From an uncultured bacterium (GTDB taxonomy: Bacteria; Babelota; Babeliae; Babelales; Vermiphilaceae), in assembly GCA_963702025.1 (NCBI GenBank), contig OY969699.1:416001-480000 (forward strand): a stretch of DNA of 64,000 bases, in the 5' to 3' direction. Below the pieces are notes generated by a model. The model had not been told where the DNA came from. It was given only the letters and a program-made list of their open reading frames with translations, and searched no databases. Below are positions 58,130 through 64,000 of this stretch, piece by piece; within the stretch, counting starts at the first letter, position 1, and the number at the start of each line of letters is the position of its first letter. Position numbers and translations under genes: made by a program.

Positions 58130-58465
58130 ATGTCGATTTATATATATATCTGTACTAAAAATAGTGTTTTTTTTGACTATGATAATCTACCATTAAATCT
58201 CGATCAGAAATATTTTGGCGCAATCGATACTTTTGATTCGAATTTTTATCTCAATATTAATCAACAGGATGTATATTTAATAAAATTTATTAATCATTCT
58301 AATAATGTTGTATTTAACAAAAAGCAAATGATTCGACTGCAAGGGGAAATAAATTCCCTTAAAAAAGGGACATTGGTAAAAGAATCAATTCTTATATTGC
58401 TTGAAACAGCAATCTCTTATGGGCTCCAGCAAGATGATGTCTATTTAAAATGCGAGATTGACTAA
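58130..58465 (+). CDS. Putative immunity protein, paralog family
   Basis: IKFINHSNNVVFNKKQM..LQGEI...VYLKCEID. Confidence 0.65.
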   Translation: MSIYIYICTKNSVFFDYDNLPLNLDQKYFGAIDTFDSNFYLNINQQDVYLIKFINHSNNVVFNKKQMIRLQGEINSLKKGTLVKESILILLETAISYGLQQDDVYLKCEID

Positions 58466-58777
58466 ATGATTAATCTAAAAATTATTGATGAATACAATGA
58501 GCTAATTCAAGATTATGGGCAACTAAACGTTCAGGATGTATTACGAGCTATAGATTATGCTGAAAAAAATAGCTTAATAAATATGAGTTGCGTTGATGTT
58601 TTTCAAGATACTTATTTCAATGCTAGCCAATTAAAAGACGTAAAACGAGAAATAGATATTTTGCAAAAAGTATCTCAAGATAATCTTAAAAACTTAATCG
58701 ATGTGCTTAAGCAAGCTATTGAGTTGATTTTAAAAGAAGGCGTTTTCAATTATCTCAAATTTGAAATTCGAGATTAA
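58466..58777 (+). CDS. Putative immunity protein, paralog family
   Basis: MSCVDVFQDTYFNASQL..VKREI...NYLKFEIRD. Confidence 0.65.
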   Translation: MINLKIIDEYNELIQDYGQLNVQDVLRAIDYAEKNSLINMSCVDVFQDTYFNASQLKDVKREIDILQKVSQDNLKNLIDVLKQAIELILKEGVFNYLKFEIRD

Positions 58778-58833
58778 GAAAATTCATGTAAATAATAAAC
58801 AAAAAATTCTAACAATAAAAACTATAGGAAAAC

Positions 58834-60090
58834 ATGAAAAAACTACTTTTTACATTATCTATAATCACCTTCAACGCATTTGCGGATGATCTTATTGAAA
58901 AAGCTATTTTAGAAAGTAACCTGGATGTTCTCACCGCTGAAATTGAAAACAGAAAAAAAATGAATGCGCCTTTAACGCCAAATGAACAGTTAAAATATTC
59001 GGATCTGGGCAGCGAGGTGCTTCTTCGCCGAAGAGATCAGCTGGAACTGCCATTAGAAAGAAATACTGCTATGAAATCTGACAATCAAGAAATCTTCCCT
59101 TGGGCAGGCTTACAATTTCTTGTTGGTTTTATTGGATCAATTTGCATCCCATCGGCATTGTTTATCAAATTAATTGAACCCGATAAAAATTATTCTTTCA
59201 GAGAAAAAAGTGCTTTAATTGCCGGCGCGGTGTTAGCAGAAATTCCGTGCATTTGGCTAATGGGAAGATATGTTAAAGAAGTGGAAGAAAAGAAAAAAAT
59301 CCGTGAAGCCAAATATGAAAATGCGCTTAAAATTTGGCAAATATTGTTTGATAATCTTACTATTTCTGAAGAAATATCCTTAATCCCGCCTGTAGGTCAA
59401 GATGAAAAAAAATTTAAACGGCAGGCATTTTTCTGGGTAAGTTTAAGAGATTTAGACGGAATATCACAAAGTCTGCGCAATCCTGAATTCATAGATTTTT
59501 TACAGTGTCATGCGGATCCGATTGCAAATGAAATTATAATTGAGATGCGTGAATGGGAAAATCAAAAAAAAGAAGTGGTCCCTTTAACAACACAAGATAA
59601 AAAATTCGTTGATAGGGCCCTAAAGTATTTTTTCTCAAAAATGAATTCTACTGAAAAATACACTCGCTGCATCGGCACACAATTACAACAAGAGGTCCAT
59701 CTTCATATCGTGGGGCAGCTCGATCGGTGGGCAAATCTTGCGGAGAGATCTAAACAGTCTAACCATAATTTCTTAAAGCTAGCGGTCGAGGCAAGCCTCA
59801 TTATGTTTGAGGAATGTTGCATTGCGAATGCTGAAGAATATAGCGAATTGATAAAAAGTATGTGTTTCTTTAATGATGCTTTGCTTGAACTTATGATAAG
59901 CGTTGCTGAAAAAAATCACAATGCTATTCGGGCAGGATTTAAAAAACTGGGAGAAGAAGGCATAAAAGTACTTGAGCTACTAAAAAAAGAAAATAGCATT
60001 CTATTTCCAGAAGATTCATTTTTTTCCTTGCATACTGAAGCTCGCATAAAAAATATTGGCTACGAATATAAATTTTATAGCACAATGTAA
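58834..60090 (+). CDS. Secreted protein with hydrophobic hairpin and helical C-terminal extension
   Basis: Signal peptide AFA-DD; two hydrophobic segments; N-terminus similar to 54626..55087. Confidence 0.72.
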   Translation: MKKLLFTLSIITFNAFADDLIEKAILESNLDVLTAEIENRKKMNAPLTPNEQLKYSDLGSEVLLRRRDQLELPLERNTAMKSDNQEIFPWAGLQFLVGFIGSICIPSALFIKLIEPDKNYSFREKSALIAGAVLAEIPCIWLMGRYVKEVEEKKKIREAKYENALKIWQILFDNLTISEEISLIPPVGQDEKKFKRQAFFWVSLRDLDGISQSLRNPEFIDFLQCHADPIANEIIIEMREWENQKKEVVPLTTQDKKFVDRALKYFFSKMNSTEKYTRCIGTQLQQEVHLHIVGQLDRWANLAERSKQSNHNFLKLAVEASLIMFEECCIANAEEYSELIKSMCFFNDALLELMISVAEKNHNAIRAGFKKLGEEGIKVLELLKKENSILFPEDSFFSLHTEARIKNIGYEYKFYSTM

Positions 60091-60101
60091 CATAAAGCTT
60101 G

Positions 60102-60239
60102 CTTAGAGCGTAATCAAAAAGAGGTTTGCACCGCGATGCTTCGATCCAGCCTTCGCAAAAATGCTTCGATGAGCTCAGCACGAACGGGAATTCCCGATTA
60201 TATTGAGCGAGCATTAGCGAGTCGAAGGACACGAATGGT
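60102..60239. repeat. Composite degenerate family A palindromic element between convergent genes
   Basis: GCTTCGATGAGCTCAGCACGAACGG and TGAGCGAGCATTAGCGAGTCGAAGG units. Confidence 0.7.
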
Positions 60240-60249
60240 TTCTGGCGAA

Positions 60250-60879
60250 TTATCCACGTTTTTTGAGTTCATTGATAATAAGTTGCTTTTTAGCCTCACC
60301 AAATTCCTGGGCAATAGCAATTGCCTGTTGATCGCTAATTCTATATTTTTCTTTTACGTATAATTCCAGCTCATTCATTAGATCTTTTGGCAACAATGAT
60401 AGGTAACAAGTTTTTTCGGCGGATACTTGCTTGGCCCCAGACCATTCAAAAGAACTCTTTTTTTTATGATTCAGCAACAGAGATACGCTCGCGGATCCTT
60501 GTGCTGAGCACATTTGCAGTGCTGAATGCAGAGGACAAATAGTATTGGTCCCGGTTGCCATAACATCTATGGTAGGGCAATCAAGCAATAGTTTTATCAT
60601 GTCGGTTTTAAATAAATAAATGGCATGTTTTAACACGGTGCCGCCTACCGCGTCAAATGCATTGGGATTTGCACCTTTATTGAGCAATTGAGCGGCGGTT
60701 TGAATATCGCTGGCGCTTACTGCTTTTGCCAGATTCTGGCAAAGCTGCTCTTTGGCCCATATCTGTTGCAAAGCATCTTGATAACAATCGGTAAAATCCT
60801 GATTGCTCATTGCGGACGAGTGGGTTGCAACGAGTAAGTTGAGCGCAAAAAATGTGAAAACCCATAATCCATTTCTCAT
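60250..60879 (-). CDS. Secreted ankyrin-repeat protein with C-terminal F-box-like motif
   Basis: SSA-MS; LLNKGANPN, GTVLKHA, CPLHSA; CYLSLLPKDLMNEL. Confidence 0.85.
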   Translation of the reverse strand: MRNGLWVFTFFALNLLVATHSSAMSNQDFTDCYQDALQQIWAKEQLCQNLAKAVSASDIQTAAQLLNKGANPNAFDAVGGTVLKHAIYLFKTDMIKLLLDCPTIDVMATGTNTICPLHSALQMCSAQGSASVSLLLNHKKKSSFEWSGAKQVSAEKTCYLSLLPKDLMNELELYVKEKYRISDQQAIAIAQEFGEAKKQLIINELKKRG

Positions 60880-61736
60880 TCGATTTCCATAGTTTTTCTT
60901 TTTTTAATGGTGACACTTTTTTTAATCGCTTCACGCGCTAATGCTCGTTTTCTTAATTCATTCCGTATTATTGTTCTTACTTCGCGACTGCTGACTTGCT
61001 GCGCTATTTTCCGGGCTTGTTCATCAGTGATGCTATATGCACGCTGATATAGCCCACACGCACCAACCACCATATCATGTGGCATGAGTGAAAAGTAGGT
61101 GCTTGGGTCATGATTTAATTTTTTTAATAATTCAATTTTTTGCGTATCGGGGACCGTATGATTAAACAACAAAGTGAGTATTTCGCCATTTTCCTCTGCT
61201 AATGCTACCTTGAGTGGTGTTTCATTATCGTTAGCAGGAGTATGTATGTCGGTATGCGGGTGGCCAAGCAACAGTTTTATAACCTCACGCTTGTTATGCC
61301 GTGTAGCAAAAAATAGTGGGGTCCATCCAAAATCAGTTTTTTTATTAACATCAATATCAGCCCGCGTAAGTAACAATTTTATTATTCCAATATGGCCGCC
61401 CCAGATTGCTTTATGGAGTGGTGTTTGACCAAACTCATTTTGTACATTTACGTTTATATCGTGTGAAAGAAATAATTGTATTACCTCTTCATTATCATTA
61501 TCGGCAGCAACCAGCAATGCCCGATTGCGTCCGTTGCGCAGTAGGTTTGTTATTTCAGAAGATTTTTTTTCATTCTCTTCTTTTTGTTGTTTTTCAAGTA
61601 AATGCGCAACTTTATCCGTATCGCCTACCTTGGCAGCATGAATTAATTGTTTATTAAGTTCATCAATGGTCATCTCCATGCCGGCGGCGTTGCGCATAAG
61701 GGCGAGTGCGAGGATGATAATTATTTTAATTTTCAT
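60876..61736 (-). CDS. Secreted ankyrin-repeat protein with C-terminal F-box-like motif
   Basis: AAG-MEM; GQTPLHKA, GWTPLFFA, ETPLKVA; STYFSLMPHDM. Confidence 0.9.
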   Translation of the reverse strand: MKIKIIIILALALMRNAAGMEMTIDELNKQLIHAAKVGDTDKVAHLLEKQQKEENEKKSSEITNLLRNGRNRALLVAADNDNEEVIQLFLSHDINVNVQNEFGQTPLHKAIWGGHIGIIKLLLTRADIDVNKKTDFGWTPLFFATRHNKREVIKLLLGHPHTDIHTPANDNETPLKVALAEENGEILTLLFNHTVPDTQKIELLKKLNHDPSTYFSLMPHDMVVGACGLYQRAYSITDEQARKIAQQVSSREVRTIIRNELRKRALAREAIKKSVTIKKRKTMEIE

Positions 61737-61763
61737 GTTTTTTCTCCATTATTTTTGCTCTTA

Positions 61764-62516
61764 TTATTTTAAGGTTGTTCGTTTATCCAATGCTTCTTGA
61801 ATATTCATTTTTCGCCACCAATCATTTGGATCTTTTGAATTCATGTATTTTTGAATATCTTCTTGGCTAAAGGTATATGCGGTTTTATACTGCGACAGCA
61901 TTTTAATTAAATCTTTTGGCAATAATGAAAAATAAGTTCCTGAGCGTTCATCACTGAGGGTTGATAATCCATTAATCACTTCCGGTGATAGGGCTAGCGA
62001 TTTATGACTGAGCATTAACTCTATAACGCCGGGGTAGCCATACTGGATAGCAACAGCCAAAGCCGTCTTTTTATCGTTATCCAGAGCGTGTCTGTGTATA
62101 TTTCTGTGATTAAGTAGCAAATTTACAATCTCCAGATCGCATCGGCTAGATGCACAATGAAGTGCTGTCCATCCCTTGTGCAAAGATGATGGTATTATTG
62201 CGTTTACATTAATAGTCTCTTGCTCAAGGAGAAGTTTTACTATGGCAGGGTTCTTATTCATGAGAGCATAATGAAGCGGTTTCATGCCTTCTTCATCCTG
62301 CGTATTAACATCAGCGCCTGCATTAAGAAGAGCTGCAACTTCTGATGCACTTCTATTCATTTTGATACAAGAAAGCAACAGACCATTGTTCCATTGTTGC
62401 TCATTTGCTTGCGCGACCGGATTATTGCTGGCAACTTGGTTTTTTTCCATTGTAGGCGCATTAAGGAAGGTGCTCAGTATAATAATACATGCCGAAACTA
62501 TTTTATTTTTCATCAT
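61764..62516 (-). CDS. Secreted ankyrin-repeat protein with C-terminal F-box-like motif
   Basis: APT-MEK; GADVN, GMKPLHYA, GWTALHCA; GTYFSLLPKDLIKML. Confidence 0.9.
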   Translation of the reverse strand: MMKNKIVSACIIILSTFLNAPTMEKNQVASNNPVAQANEQQWNNGLLLSCIKMNRSASEVAALLNAGADVNTQDEEGMKPLHYALMNKNPAIVKLLLEQETINVNAIIPSSLHKGWTALHCASSRCDLEIVNLLLNHRNIHRHALDNDKKTALAVAIQYGYPGVIELMLSHKSLALSPEVINGLSTLSDERSGTYFSLLPKDLIKMLSQYKTAYTFSQEDIQKYMNSKDPNDWWRKMNIQEALDKRTTLK

Positions 62517-63096
62517 GTGCTCCATTTTTTTTTCGTTTTTCTAATGATGCATTTACAATGATAGTTTTTTGAGGATCATGTAGCCCATTCGTTGTCAATT
62601 TTTCAATCTCTTGGGTGCTAATACTGTATTCAGAGCAGGTAGGGATCAGTGAAATCAAATCGGCAGGCAGTAAGTTAAAATAGGTGCTTTTATCTTTAAA
62701 GAGAGTTTCAACAATCACCGTGTCAAGAAGCGGGCCATTTTTTGTGTGATTCAGTAATAAATTTAATATTTGCGTATTCTTGCTTAAAGATGCAGAAAAC
62801 AACGGATCAGAACCGTATCGGAATTTTAACATCACGTTAATTTTTGGCTGGCTCAAGAGGAGGGTGACCATTGGTATATCTTGATTGGTAACGGCAACTG
62901 ATAAGACGGTATTTTGACCATCTCGCGCATTAACATCGGCCCCTTGCTTGAGAAGTTGTTCAGCCTGCTCTACATTTTTTGTTTTTACTGCAGTAACAAA
63001 TTGCGTATCAAGTTCTTGCGGAACTTGCATGGCATAGGTTGTTGCAATCAACGAGCTGATTGCGCAGAATGTGATTATTGTTTTTATATTTTTCAT
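62503..63096 (-). CDS. Secreted ankyrin-repeat protein with C-terminal F-box-like motif
   Basis: TYA-MQ; LLKQGADVN, TVLSVA; STYFNLLPADLISLI. Confidence 0.88.
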   Translation of the reverse strand: MKNIKTIITFCAISSLIATTYAMQVPQELDTQFVTAVKTKNVEQAEQLLKQGADVNARDGQNTVLSVAVTNQDIPMVTLLLSQPKINVMLKFRYGSDPLFSASLSKNTQILNLLLNHTKNGPLLDTVIVETLFKDKSTYFNLLPADLISLIPTCSEYSISTQEIEKLTTNGLHDPQKTIIVNASLEKRKKNGAHDEK

Positions 63097-63106
63097 CGTT
63101 TATCCA

Positions 63107-64000
63107 TTATGAAATTGAACAATTGTTTTGATTTTCATCGTAATCTTCCGGAACTGCTATCATAGTTTTGCCATGCATAATCAATTTCTTTTTCTTTTCT
63201 TGCTCAGCAATGGGCAATTCTTGCTTTTTTCTTTTTTGTAATGCAGCATTAAACAATGCTTTTATTTCGGGGTCCATGTTTTTTTGAGTTGTCATAATTT
63301 CTTGTATCTGCTCATTGCTAATACTGTATCCGAGATCGATCATATAGAGCGACAATAAAGAAATTAAATCTCCTGGAAGCACTGAAAGATAATTTGTTGA
63401 ATCGGAGTGTGAAATTTGAAGTGCCAGCATTTCTTTTCCTTTTTCTCCTTGCATATATTTTTTGAGCAGTGAAATGAGATCTGCCGGAAGCAATGAAAAA
63501 TAACTATCCTTTTTATTATTAGTTTGCAAATCTTTAATCAATTCTTGCTTTAGAATTGCTACCGGGCTTTGGTGATTAAGAAGTAATTCTATGATTTGTT
63601 TGAATTTAAAGTAACTAGCAATTTCTAATGGGGTAAGTCGATCACTACCACCTTGCAGATTTATTAAGATTTCAGGATGGGAAAGTAATAATTGCACCAT
63701 GTCGATATTATTAGAATTCACGGCAACGTGCAAAGCGTTCGATGTGCCTATCGCTGCATTTGGATGAATCTCTTTAATTTCAAGTAAAGCTCTTGCGGCC
63801 CAAGTGTTGTTTTTATTTACTGCATAAACAAGAGGAGTTTGAAATGATAATCGATTAAAACAAGAGTTTATGCGCGGGTTATTAGTAAAAATTTTTTTTA
63901 TTTCTTTAGTGTTTCCTTCATTCAGTGCCTGCAGAAATTGCTCTGCTTCTTGATCAGGATTTTCTGGTTTTTCCATAGCAAATAAGCACGAGGTCAGAAA
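63107..64000 (-). CDS. Secreted ankyrin-repeat protein with two F-box-like motifs and CaaX (CSIS); 5' end outside window
   Basis: Frame open to the window edge (FLTSCLFA-MEKP); QTPLVYA, NALHVA, TPLEIA; YFSLLPADL and YLSVLPGDL; KKKK; ends NCSIS. Confidence 0.88.
   Translation of the reverse strand, partial: FLTSCLFAMEKPENPDQEAEQFLQALNEGNTKEIKKIFTNNPRINSCFNRLSFQTPLVYAVNKNNTWAARALLEIKEIHPNAAIGTSNALHVAVNSNNIDMVQLLLSHPEILINLQGGSDRLTPLEIASYFKFKQIIELLLNHQSPVAILKQELIKDLQTNNKKDSYFSLLPADLISLLKKYMQGEKGKEMLALQISHSDSTNYLSVLPGDLISLLSLYMIDLGYSISNEQIQEIMTTQKNMDPEIKALFNAALQKRKKQELPIAEQEKKKKLIMHGKTMIAVPEDYDENQNNCSIS

Noticed and set aside
5944..60239. CRISPR array
   Set aside because: The palindromic repeats are dispersed and variable, with no regular repeat-spacer periodicity and no cas genes.

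Overview
AT-rich bacterial chromosomal segment. Housekeeping genes are scattered through it: hisS 3' end, cdsA, yraN, bamD, gspE/pilB, rluD, mgtE, tRNA-Glu/Lys, rarA, mntH, mutL, prmC, ftsY. Between them lie about 33 genes sharing one N-terminal design, a Sec-type signal peptide whose predicted cleavage site is followed directly by Met, usually Met-Glu ('AME'). Their cargo looks eukaryotic: C2H2 zinc fingers with NLS-like basic patches, a RING-H2, ankyrin repeats with C-terminal F-box-like motifs, BC/SOCS-box-like motifs, beta-propellers, a GNAT, a possible OspF/HopA1-like lyase and six C-terminal CaaX-like motifs. This gene content suggests an intracellular parasite of protists, probably Dependentiae/TM6 (inference, not verified). 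The window also holds HicAB and AbiEi/AbiEii toxin-antitoxin modules with palindromic operators, a decayed IS with TIRs and a TSD next to an orphan toxin-tip/immunity array, and two families of small palindromic repeats. Two of these repeat copies sit in frame inside signal-peptide coding regions. All calls come from reading motifs by eye; no database searches were run.
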